DNA of 64,000 nucleotides from an uncultured delta proteobacterium (GTDB lineage Bacteria; Myxococcota_A; Polyangia; Fen-1088): NCBI GenBank assembly GCA_963796685.1, contig CAWCMR010000025.1, positions 672,001 to 736,000 of the forward strand, read 5' to 3'. Shown piece by piece: positions 52,453 to 60,974 of this stretch (position 1 is its first letter; each line of letters starts with the position of its first letter). The notes under the pieces were generated by a model. It saw only the letters and a program-made list of their open reading frames with translations, ran no database searches and was not told where the DNA came from. The position numbers and the translations under genes were made by a program.

Positions 52453-53573
52453 TGCGGGTCTGGATTCGAAACGGTCTGTTGGGTTGCGGGATCGTCTGCT
52501 CCGCGCTCTACGCGTGCACCTACGGCCCACATCCCAAAGAGGGAGCTGAGCAGTGCTATACCGGCACCAAGCAGTGCCCCGACGGTTACGTGTGTTCGCC
52601 GGTCAACAACATGTGCTACACGCCGGCAAACCTTCCGCCCACGAACGGCTACGGCCACGGCGGCGGCGTGGGGACCGGCGGGCCTGGGCAGGGCGGGATC
52701 GCCACCCCTGGCGCCGGGGGGCGAACGGGAACCGGTGGTACGATCGGGACCACGCCTGGCGCTGGCGGCCTCGTCGGGACAGGTGGCCCCGGCGGGGGAA
52801 GTGCGGGTGCGCCAGGTACCGGAGGCGTGGCGAGCACCGGTGGGGCCACGGCATGCACGCCGACCAAGGCCACCGGTAGCTATCCGCTCATCGACGACAT
52901 GAGCGACGGTGATGGCGGGATTCCTCCGCAAGATGGGCGCTCAGGCGGTTGGTTCACGTTCAACGATGGTTCCGGGGTGCAGCTGCCATCCGACCCGGGC
53001 GCATTGGCGGCCACGCCGGGGTGGATCTGCACGTCAGGCTCCGGCTTCATCACGTGGGGCGCGGGGCTCGGGGTGACCCTCGACTCCGACACCTCCGGCA
53101 AGTCGTGCAACTACGACGGCTCCGTCTACAAGGGCGTCACCTTCAAGATTCAGGGCACGGTCACCGGCGGCAGGGTGCGTTTTGGCATCCTGACCTCCGA
53201 CATCGCTGCGGCGGCAACCACCAACGGGGGCACCTGCGTGTCGTCGAGCACGCTGGCGAACGACTGCGACGATGCCTACGGCGTATGGCTGACGCCTATT
53301 TCCTTCGCGAGCACCACCGGATTCTCGTGCTTCAATGGCTCCTCGCAATGGTCCTGCGCCACTGCAACATCGGCTGGCTCGGTGGCAGTGACCATTCCGT
53401 TCTCGTCCATGGTGCAGGAGGGATGGGGTAGGAGCATTCCCTTCGATCTCGCCCACATGCTCCACCTCGACTGGCAGGCCAAGGACTATTGTTCGGATCC
53501 GGCGACTGGCGTCACCTCGTATCTCGGACCGACCAGTTTCAACTTCTGCATCGGCAACTTGAGCTTCTACTGA
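52452..53573 (+). CDS. Lipoprotein with Gly-rich linker and CBM11-like domain
   Basis: Lipobox LYAC; IDDMSDGD..GGWFTFND, WGAGLG, YKGVTF, IPFSSMVQEGWG, IGNLSFY; TGATG coupling. Confidence 0.7.
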   Translation: MRVWIRNGLLGCGIVCSALYACTYGPHPKEGAEQCYTGTKQCPDGYVCSPVNNMCYTPANLPPTNGYGHGGGVGTGGPGQGGIATPGAGGRTGTGGTIGTTPGAGGLVGTGGPGGGSAGAPGTGGVASTGGATACTPTKATGSYPLIDDMSDGDGGIPPQDGRSGGWFTFNDGSGVQLPSDPGALAATPGWICTSGSGFITWGAGLGVTLDSDTSGKSCNYDGSVYKGVTFKIQGTVTGGRVRFGILTSDIAAAATTNGGTCVSSSTLANDCDDAYGVWLTPISFASTTGFSCFNGSSQWSCATATSAGSVAVTIPFSSMVQEGWGRSIPFDLAHMLHLDWQAKDYCSDPATGVTSYLGPTSFNFCIGNLSFY

Positions 53574-53855
53574 TCGCGCTTGGTGGGGGACCTGTTCGGT
53601 CGTGCGCCTTTCCACCCGACGTCTGCGCCGTTTTCTCTTGTCTACAATGCAAACAGGCATAACCTGCCCCCCGGCGAAAAAATGGCAAGGAAAGCAGGTT
53701 AGCAGCTTGAAAACTGCCGCGCGGCTCGGCACCGCGGAGAAGGCATTTTTGTGGAAGTCCGCCTTGTCGAGAAAGCACCTCACTGACACTGACGGCTTCA
53801 ACGAAGCGTGGTGGTATCAGTCGGCTACATCAGCAGAGAACAGGAGACCAAGGCA

Positions 53856-54899
53856 ATGAGAAGACACAGCAACCAGAGCGGGTTTGTTATCGGAGCGCTA
53901 TCGCTGGTTTCGGTATACGTGGCATCGTGCATGGCCCATGTCGAGCCGCGACTGGCTCCTGATGTCTTGCAGGAACGCGTACTTGGCCCCGACAGATCAC
54001 TGAGTCTGTGTGAATTCGAGTTGCTGAATGCGGCCGGAAGCGGCACAGCGGCGCTCCTTGGGATTGCCGGCGCCATCTACGACGCGAACAAGGCGCAGAA
54101 GGACGCACCCTATGCCATGGAGCTGTCGGCCGACTTCAACGGGATCTACGAAGGGGCGTTGATGGGAGCCGGCTCCTTCCCCTATGTGCCTAGGGCGAAG
54201 CTCGCGCGATCGCAAGATGGCAAGGCGATACCCATGGACGCCTTGGCCAAAGGCAACGGTCTTCATGCATGTCTGAAAGCGAAGTCGAGTCTGTTGGTAC
54301 TTGTTGGCTGGAACAAGAAGGTTTCGGTTGCAACGACCTGGGAGCTGACGGGACGGTCGGGCTGGAAGATGACCCTCGAAACGGAGGCAATTTCCAAGGA
54401 AACCTATGGGATGGGTCCCGACACAGCGGATCCTAAGCTGAAGCCCGTATTTATCGAGCTTGCGCAGGAAGGTGTGCAGATGTTTCTCAAGCAGCTCGCC
54501 GGGACGGGCATCCTGCCCACAATGCCAAGTGGAACACCGTCTGGAACGCCGTCGTCTTCTCAGCCAGGGTTTGCAGGGGCCTCGACCTTTGCCATCCATT
54601 GCCGCTACCTGGGTGTCTGCGCTTCGCCTGCAGACAGCACGACTGTCACCCTAACCAAGGGGACCGTATCGTCCATCGATGCGAGCTCCAGAATCATCTT
54701 CGTGAAGGGGTGCAACGGCAGTACGTGCGAGGAGCCGAAGCCTCTTGTGATTACGGATGCGACGTCCTTCCGTCCCGAGGGCTCTACACTTGCGGATATG
54801 CACGCCGCCGATCAGGTTCTCTTTAGTTACAGGACCGAACCAGACAAGACGGTAGCCTTGCTGATCGTGAAGGAAGGTGTCGAGGTTCAGGTGAAGTGA
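53856..54899 (+). CDS. Hypothetical lipoprotein
   Basis: AGGAG ribosome-binding site; lipobox VASC; lower GC than the flanking genes. Confidence 0.7.
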   Translation: MRRHSNQSGFVIGALSLVSVYVASCMAHVEPRLAPDVLQERVLGPDRSLSLCEFELLNAAGSGTAALLGIAGAIYDANKAQKDAPYAMELSADFNGIYEGALMGAGSFPYVPRAKLARSQDGKAIPMDALAKGNGLHACLKAKSSLLVLVGWNKKVSVATTWELTGRSGWKMTLETEAISKETYGMGPDTADPKLKPVFIELAQEGVQMFLKQLAGTGILPTMPSGTPSGTPSSSQPGFAGASTFAIHCRYLGVCASPADSTTVTLTKGTVSSIDASSRIIFVKGCNGSTCEEPKPLVITDATSFRPEGSTLADMHAADQVLFSYRTEPDKTVALLIVKEGVEVQVK

Positions 54900-54949
54900 C
54901 CGAGCACCATCGAGGTCCCGTCGACACACCTCGGGTTAGGAAAACTCTG

Positions 54950-54979
54950 GCACCACACCTCGGTGCACCACACCTCGGT
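54950..54979. repeat. 15 bp tandem duplication
   Basis: gcaccacacctcggt twice, with a partial third copy cacacctcgg at 54925-54934. Confidence 0.85.
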
Positions 54980-54993
54980 TCCTCCAGCCTGGC

Positions 54994-56061
54994 TCAGACG
55001 TAGTAACCCTTGATGCACGACCACCCGTGGTACGAGCAGGTACAGGTGTAGAAAATGCCCGGCTCGTTGGCCCAGTCCGAGTAGGTGCAGCTCAAGCCGA
55101 ACCTGGCCGCGCTACAACCCTCGTGCTGGCTCGGCTTGTCCCTGAGGCAGGTGTAGTCCTGCGGCTTGGTGCTGGACGGAATCGCACACCCCGGCGTGGA
55201 AGACGATACCGAGGCGCAGACGGTGCCGGGGCAGCAGGTGCCGGTCGACGTTCCCCCGCAGTCCCCATCCTCAGGCGCTTCCCAGCAGGCATCGCTACGT
55301 GCCACGCACTTGCCGCCTGTGCAGTCGAGGCCCGCACAGCAGTCGGTTGTGGCGCCGCAGGCATTCCCGATCGCGGTGCAGGCCGGAACCGCCCGGCACG
55401 AATACGTCGAGCCGCCGTTGGCCGACACGCACTCGGTGCCCTGACAGCACGAGGTCGTCGGATCGCTACAGTCTTGGCCCACATCGAGGCAGCTCGCCAC
55501 CAAATCGGCGGTGCCGTCGTTCGCCCGCGCGTCGCCCGCGTCGACGGTCGCGGTGTCCTTTGCTCCCGAGTCGCCAGCGCCGTCCGTCCCGGCATCGATC
55601 GGTTGGCAAGCCCGGCTGGTGTCATTGGCCCCGTCTACGCAGCGGGTGCCCACGGGACACGCGATCTCAGGGCCATCGGAGTTGCAGCTTCCGCCTGAAC
55701 AGGGCCCGGGACCGCATACATAGTGGCAGTCATGGCTCGTGACCGGCTGGTAGCCGGTGGCAGTGCACCGGTAGGGGTAACTGCAGGGAAAATCGACGTA
55801 GCACATTGCGGTGGTGCCGCCGGTGGATACAATCGAGCCCCCGCTTCCGGCACCACCCCCGCTCCCGGCGCCACCCCCGCTCCCGACACCACCCCCGCTC
55901 CCGGCGCCACCCGAGGGACCGCCCGTCGTGCCCCCGCTCGGAGCCGCGCCGCCCGAGCCTCCCTTGGAAGGGAGCCCACTACTTTGACACCCGAACCCTA
56001 CCGGCAGAGCCAGGAGGACCAAATTCAGCACAAAGGTAGACCAGGAGGAGGTGATTCGCAT
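54994..56061 (-). CDS. Cys-rich lipoprotein with GSGGGA repeats
   Basis: Lipobox GFGC; 18 bp repeats at about 55840-55910; C-x-CC units. Confidence 0.8.
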   Translation of the reverse strand: MRITSSWSTFVLNLVLLALPVGFGCQSSGLPSKGGSGGAAPSGGTTGGPSGGAGSGGGVGSGGGAGSGGGAGSGGSIVSTGGTTAMCYVDFPCSYPYRCTATGYQPVTSHDCHYVCGPGPCSGGSCNSDGPEIACPVGTRCVDGANDTSRACQPIDAGTDGAGDSGAKDTATVDAGDARANDGTADLVASCLDVGQDCSDPTTSCCQGTECVSANGGSTYSCRAVPACTAIGNACGATTDCCAGLDCTGGKCVARSDACWEAPEDGDCGGTSTGTCCPGTVCASVSSSTPGCAIPSSTKPQDYTCLRDKPSQHEGCSAARFGLSCTYSDWANEPGIFYTCTCSYHGWSCIKGYYV

Positions 56062-56208
56062 GTCGCGCTTCGCTGCAATGTCCGAGCCAGTGCCAAGTAC
56101 CGCACGCCCGCGCGCAAGATCGCTGATCTATTGGGTGGGACCCTCGATGTGGCCGCAACCTTCACGACACGCTTCGGACATGAATGTCAGGGCGGGGTGC
56201 GGGCAGAA

Positions 56209-56278
56209 AATTTCGCTGTCGAAGCGGCGGTCACGAAGATGTCGCCTTGCGGGGCGCGCGCCGAGGCCCGAGGGCGCA
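56209..56278 (-). pseudogene. ahcY-like relic A
   Basis: CAL...APQGDIFVTA then FDSEI in another frame; compare AhcY CALQA, GDIFVTATG, HFD(N/S)EI. Confidence 0.55.
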
Positions 56279-56302
56279 TCGCAGGACTGGGAGTATCGCT
56301 GG

Positions 56303-56350
56303 GTGATCGTACTCGACACGCACACCTGGCTGTGGTGGATACGCGGCGAG
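56303..56350 (+). pseudogene. N-terminal fragment of a PIN/VapC toxin
   Basis: VIVLDTHTWLWWIRGE, after which homology ends. Confidence 0.6.
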
Positions 56351-56410
56351 GCGCCAGACTCGATCACGGAGATTGATTGCATGTCGACCACATGCAGGTA
56401 TCCTAAGGTC

Positions 56411-56641
56411 ATGGCCAAGATGATTCAGGTCCGACACGTTCCCGACGACGTGCACCGACGCCTGACGGACCTTGCCAGACAGTCGCGCACGTCGCTGTCC
56501 GACTATTTGCTGGCCGAACTGGAGCGGACGAGCCTGCGGCCATCCCCGAAAGAGATTCTCGCGCGGCTGTCGAAATTGCGACCGGTTGCCACACGTGCCT
56601 CCATCGTGTCGGCGTTGCGCGAAGAGAGGGATCGGCACTGA
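56411..56641 (+). CDS. Ribbon-helix-helix antitoxin (FitA/VapB-like)
   Basis: MIQVRHVPDDVHRRL...SLSDYLLAEL...LREERD. Confidence 0.85.
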   Translation: MAKMIQVRHVPDDVHRRLTDLARQSRTSLSDYLLAELERTSLRPSPKEILARLSKLRPVATRASIVSALREERDRH

Positions 56642-57030
56642 CCGTCCTTGACGCCTCGGTCGTGGTGGAGCTCTTGCTTGGCGGCAGGCGAGCGGCGGAG
56701 ATCCATGCCCGCCTGGCAAGCGAAGGACATGCCTGGCACGCGCCGCACTTGATCGAGGTGGAGGTGTGCCATGTCCTCCGGCGGCTGAATCTATCGCGGC
56801 AGATGACGGATGTGCGTGGACGGCAAGCGCTGCGAGACCTTTCGGCGCTCGGACTCTCCCTGCACGAGCACGGCCCACTCTTGCCGCGTGCATGGGGTTT
56901 GCGGGCCAATCTCTCTGCGTACGACGCAATGTATGTCGCCCTGGCAGAGGGCCTGCGCGCGCCTCTGCTCACACTCGACGCCAAGCTGGCGAAGACGACG
57001 GGGCACCTGGCGAGAATCGAAGTCTTGTAG
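56638..57030 (+). CDS. vapC: PIN-domain VapC toxin
   Basis: VLDAS, APHLIEVEV, SAYDAMYVALAE, LLTLDAKL; the start appears to be CTG. Confidence 0.88.
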   Translation: MTVLDASVVVELLLGGRRAAEIHARLASEGHAWHAPHLIEVEVCHVLRRLNLSRQMTDVRGRQALRDLSALGLSLHEHGPLLPRAWGLRANLSAYDAMYVALAEGLRAPLLTLDAKLAKTTGHLARIEVL

Positions 57031-57088
57031 AGACCTTGGAGTATCATCCCGCCCCTGGTGGAGCTTCTCGAATGGAGCAGCGCTTGAG

Positions 57089-57532
57089 GTGACCCCGAAT
57101 GTTTCACAGGATAGTCTGGCGCGGGACCTGCTGGCGGCTGCCCACGCGGGTGACGTCGAGCGCATTCGACGACTGCTCGACGCCGGCGTGGATCCCACCT
57201 ATCTGCCAGCCGACGCCTTTGCGCCGGCCCTCCATCATGCCGTCGAGGCGGCCAGCGTGGAGGTTGTGCAAGAGCTGCTCCGGCGTGGGTGCCCGCCGGA
57301 GATCCGCGACCGCGCCAAGCAAACGGCACTGGGCACCGTCGTGCATGAGCTCGGCGAAGGCCGGGACGAGCCTACGGCCGCAAGGCTGAAGTGCATCGGC
57401 GAGCTCCTCATGGAGCGAGGAGCTTGTCCGACATGGCCATGCGATTCGGAGCACACCGCTCTCTCGTTGGCCAGGGCGTACGGCAGGCCGGACCTGGAGA
57501 GCTGGCTGGAGGCTCACGCCAAGACGCCTTGA
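57089..57532 (+). CDS. Ankyrin-repeat protein
   Basis: AAHAGDVERIRRLLDAG, ALHHAV, TALG, TALSLA; start uncertain. Confidence 0.8.
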   Translation: MTPNVSQDSLARDLLAAAHAGDVERIRRLLDAGVDPTYLPADAFAPALHHAVEAASVEVVQELLRRGCPPEIRDRAKQTALGTVVHELGEGRDEPTAARLKCIGELLMERGACPTWPCDSEHTALSLARAYGRPDLESWLEAHAKTP

Positions 57533-57535
57533 GCC

Positions 57536-57580
57536 GTCGACAGCCGACCTGGTTACCGATTCGCTGACGTTGATGGCGGG
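57536..57580 (-). pseudogene. ahcY-like relic B
   Basis: PAINVSESVTRSAVD versus AhcY consensus PAINVNDSVTKSKFD (10 of 15 identical). Confidence 0.65.
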
Positions 57581-57628
57581 GTCGTGGACGGGTCAGGCAC
57601 CTTGCCGACTCTTTCGAATTCGGCGCCC

Positions 57629-58312
57629 TCATTCGTTACAGCGCATGTCGGAGCCGAGCAGAGAATCGTACCGCTCGAGCAAAGGGCCGACTTGTGGCTG
57701 CAGGGTCGTTTCGGAAAGGAGAAAGAGCAGACTGTGCCCGCGTACCTTCGAGCGGAACATAGTCAAGATGGGCAGGGCGAAGTTTGAGCGACCTGACTTG
57801 ACGACAGCCCTGTACGCAGCCGCCAATTGCTTGCACTTTGGAAACTCGACCACGAGGAGCCCGACGTGCAGAGGGCCAGCCGAGGTTTGCGCATGCAGAT
57901 GGGCCTCATCCACGCGATCCGCCAGGCGGAAAACCCGTGCGCCGAAGTCCTTGGCAAGCCATGCCAGCCTTTCCTTCCGCTCGGGGTTGTCCACGAGAAT
58001 CTGCCAGTCGTTCCAGGAACGCAGAGACAGCGATGCGAAGATCGCCTTGAGAGCGCTGCGAAAGTCAGCGGGTGCATTCTCGACCGAAGCAGGCACCGCA
58101 ATGGTCGCGACGGGAGCGTCGGCGCTTGGCCGGGCGACCGCTGCCAGTGGCATTGCGGCAGCTTGCGAAGAGGTAGCCTTGCTCGACGATACCGATCCTG
58201 CGCAAGAGGCGAGCACCGCCAGGACCAGGGCCGCACTGCAGCCGGCACGACCCCATGTCAGCGAAGCGTAACGGCTGGAAGTGTCGCCGGCAGGTAGGTA
58301 ATCGTCATGCAT
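57629..58312 (-). CDS. Hypothetical lipoprotein
   Basis: Hydrophobic stretch ending LASC; no family recognised. Confidence 0.55.
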   Translation of the reverse strand: MHDDYLPAGDTSSRYASLTWGRAGCSAALVLAVLASCAGSVSSSKATSSQAAAMPLAAVARPSADAPVATIAVPASVENAPADFRSALKAIFASLSLRSWNDWQILVDNPERKERLAWLAKDFGARVFRLADRVDEAHLHAQTSAGPLHVGLLVVEFPKCKQLAAAYRAVVKSGRSNFALPILTMFRSKVRGHSLLFLLSETTLQPQVGPLLERYDSLLGSDMRCNE

Positions 58313-58369
58313 GCAGAATCACCGATCTCCTTGAGCTGAAGCGCAAGGGTAGGCGGTTCGGTCCGCCCT

Positions 58370-58457
58370 TTCTATGGTAATCACCTCGGCCCCTTCCATC
58401 GCCGCCTGCAAGGGGCGCCACGACCGACCCGTCGATGTTGATGGCGGGGATGGGCAG
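58370..58457 (-). pseudogene. ahcY-like relic C
   Basis: LPIPAINIDGSV joined by a deletion to LQAAMEGAEVITIE; compare AhcY LQAAMEG(Y/F)EV. Confidence 0.75.
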
Positions 58458-58645
58458 CCGGCGGGAGAAGTTGCTCAGCATTGGAGTAACCCTGGGTGGT
58501 ACCGCCGTAGCGCGTGGCCGCGTGGCGGTGCCAGACCGCGACGCCGTATTTTGGTACCGACAGGCCCGGCCCCTGACGACGGCTCGCCGTTCGGCCTTCA
58601 GAATCCTGGTGGCACCCGGTCGCATTTCTTCACTACAATACCCAG

Positions 58646-59680
58646 ATGCACCGCTTGGTCCTTCTGCTCGCTGCCCTCGCAGGTCTCATGGGCTGCCGCG
58701 AGCGGAGGACAACCTCGCCAGCGCTGACGGTGCGCTACCTCAAGGGTCAGCTTCACCTGCACTCGTCGCGTTCGGGGGACAGTCGCACCCCACCTGACCA
58801 GGTGGTGCGTTGGTATGGCGAGCATGGTTTCGATTTCATCGTGTTCACCGATCACAACCGGGTCGGCCTACCCATGGGTTCGTCGACGCCGCTGGTCTTC
58901 TCTGGGGTGGAGCTGACCCAAAACCTACGCACCTGCACGCCGCCGCCCGCTCCTGGGGACCAGTGCCTGCTGCACATCAATGCCCTCTTGGTTCGACCGG
59001 GGGTGGATGGTTTGGATCCGTGGCGGCCCGAGGTCATAAGCGACCGCCGCGCTGGCTATGGCCAGGCGATTGCCGCCGCCACGCGAGCCGGCGGCTTGGC
59101 GCAACTCAACCATCCCAATTTTCACTATGCGGCCGATGCGGCGTTGCTGACAACGCTGGTGCGCGAGGAAGGGTTGCGCTTCTTTGAAGTGGCCAATGGT
59201 TCGTTCGATGCTGGCAACGCGGGCGACGCCAGCCATCCGTCCACCGAGGAGCTTTGGGATCGCGTGCTCAGCGCCGGCGGCTGGCTCTACGGCACCGCGA
59301 CGGACGACGCCCATCACTACTATGACGCCGACGAGCTGGCGGCGCGCGGCCAGCCCGTCTTCACGGGCGGACGAGGTTTCGTGATGGTCCGCGCGCGACC
59401 AGACGTCGACGCCATCCGTGCCGCCCTGGTGCGCGGTGATTTCTACGCTTCCAGCGGCGTGCTCCTTGATCGGGCCGAGCTTGCCCATGGCACCCTCTTC
59501 ATCGACGTGGCCTCGACCGGCCCACACACCATCACCTTCATCGGCCAAGGCGGAAAGATCCTCGCACGCAGCGAAGGTCGCCACGCCCGCTTCGCCCTCG
59601 CCCCCACCGGCTACCTCCGCGCCGTCGTCGAAGACGGGCAGGGGAGCAAAGCATGGATCCAGCCTGTTCGTGTGCGCTAG
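58646..59680 (+). CDS. PHP-fold metallohydrolase lipoprotein (CehA/McbA-like)
   Basis: KGQLHLHS..SGD, FTDHN, GVELT, NHPN, TDDAH, GDFYASSG. Confidence 0.85.
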   Translation: MHRLVLLLAALAGLMGCRERRTTSPALTVRYLKGQLHLHSSRSGDSRTPPDQVVRWYGEHGFDFIVFTDHNRVGLPMGSSTPLVFSGVELTQNLRTCTPPPAPGDQCLLHINALLVRPGVDGLDPWRPEVISDRRAGYGQAIAAATRAGGLAQLNHPNFHYAADAALLTTLVREEGLRFFEVANGSFDAGNAGDASHPSTEELWDRVLSAGGWLYGTATDDAHHYYDADELAARGQPVFTGGRGFVMVRARPDVDAIRAALVRGDFYASSGVLLDRAELAHGTLFIDVASTGPHTITFIGQGGKILARSEGRHARFALAPTGYLRAVVEDGQGSKAWIQPVRVR

Positions 59681-59696
59681 ATCTGGCATCATGTCC

Positions 59697-59771
59697 AAAC
59701 ACACCGTCGAGAAATGCGGTGTGAAGGCGCGGGTTCAAGCGGGGGTCGCTGTTGGCGCGCTGGATGACCGC
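59697..59771 (-). pseudogene. IS91/ISCR transposase relic (HUH region)
   Basis: AVIQRANSDPRLNPRLHTAFLDGVF; compare the family pattern VIQR..S.LRLNPHFH...LDGV. Confidence 0.65.
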
Positions 59772-59789
59772 GCGGCGGGTGCCAGAGGT

Positions 59790-60020
59790 CTCCTCCGCGA
59801 ATGTGCGCTCGAGGAATCAAACGGTGATGCGTCGATGGTCGCCAAGGCCATCGGCGACATCGCTCGAGCAAGAGGGATGAGCCAGGTCGCGAAAGATTCA
59901 GGTTTGTCCCGGGAAAGCCTTTACAAGGCCCTGTCGGGCGAGAGAAGCCCCGGGATCGACACGATCCTCAAGGTCATCAACGCTCTGGGCATCAAGCTGC
60001 ATGCCGAGGCGCGGACGTAG
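59790..60020 (+). pseudogene. Addiction-module antidote (HI1420-like), 5'-truncated, no toxin partner
   Basis: AIGDIARARGMSQVAKDSGLSRESLYKALSGERSP..DTILKV..ALG; N-terminus replaced by the IS91 relic. Confidence 0.8.
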
Positions 60021-60030
60021 GAGCTGACCC

Positions 60031-60163
60031 GGTGATCAGCCCACGCGCGCCCAGGCCGCGGCCCGCCTGGGCGGAGCCCTTGCCCACGTCGCCCTAGCCC
60101 AGGGACCACCACGACCTTGCCCGCCATCATGACGTCGGTGACGCGCTCGCCGCCGTCGAGGAG
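60031..60163 (-). pseudogene. ahcY-like relic D (NAD-binding motif)
   Basis: LLDGGERVTDVMMAGKVVVV(+1)LG*GDVGKGSAQAGRGLGARGLIT; compare AhcY RATDVMMAGK.AVV.GYGDVGKG. Confidence 0.88.
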
Positions 60164-60304
60164 CCAGCTGGTTGGGTCAGATTCGCTCGTCAACGTGACG
60201 GGTACACCTACGGAAGCGTTTCCGCCACCGCCAGTGGTGCCTCGCCGTGTTGCCTATCTCCATGAAGCTTTTGCACAAAAGCACCACACGGTTATCATGA
60301 CTTC

Positions 60305-60974
60305 ATGGCGGTGGATCCACTGGTCGAGCTTCCTGAGAAGAGTGAAGGCGGTCCGGTTTCGACGCTGGAACGAAGGGTTGGGGCCACGTGGATATCTCTG
60401 GCGCAAGCGCGCCTTCGCGCACGCGAGACGCGCGAAATGCTGGGGCGAGCACTTGAATCGGCGTGCTCGTCCGAACTGAGCATCGTCGTCTACGGCTCGC
60501 TGGCGCGCGACGAGTTCACCGAAGGAAGTGACGTCGACTGGACGCTCTTGATCGACGGCCCTGCGAACCGCAGACATCTCGACACCGCTCACGACATCGA
60601 AGCCGAGCTAGAGGAACTTGGCATGAAAGAGCCAAGCCGTGACGGTGCGTTCGGCGCGATGACCTTCAGTCATGACTTGGTCCACCAGATCGGCGGCGAG
60701 GATGATCGCAACAGCAATACAACCCGCCGCATTCTGCTGCTACTCGAATCCGCGGCCCTTGATCCCTCCGAGGTGAGAAGGGACGTCATCACCAAGGTCC
60801 TCAGCCGATATGTCCTCGAGGAGCCAACCTTCGCTCACGGGACCAAGGCCCCACATGTTCCACGGTTTCTCCTCAACGATTTTGCCCGCTACTGGCGAAC
60901 GATGGCAGTGGACTTCGCCCACAAGGCTAGAACCGGGTTTGGCAAGAAAAGTGCGCTCAGAAACCTCAAGCTAA
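60305..60974 (+). pseudogene. Pol-beta-superfamily nucleotidyltransferase, 5' part (IS-interrupted)
   Basis: VYGSLARDE...SDVD; TTRRILLLLES; RFLLNDFARYWRT. Confidence 0.85.

Noticed and set aside
57060-57085. Possible fifth ahcY relic (minus strand ALLH.EKL)
   Set aside because: Needs a frameshift and is too short to support without alignment statistics.
60024-60180. 7 bp inverted repeat ctgaccc/gggtcag around ahcY relic D as MITE ends
   Set aside because: Too short, with no target duplication.
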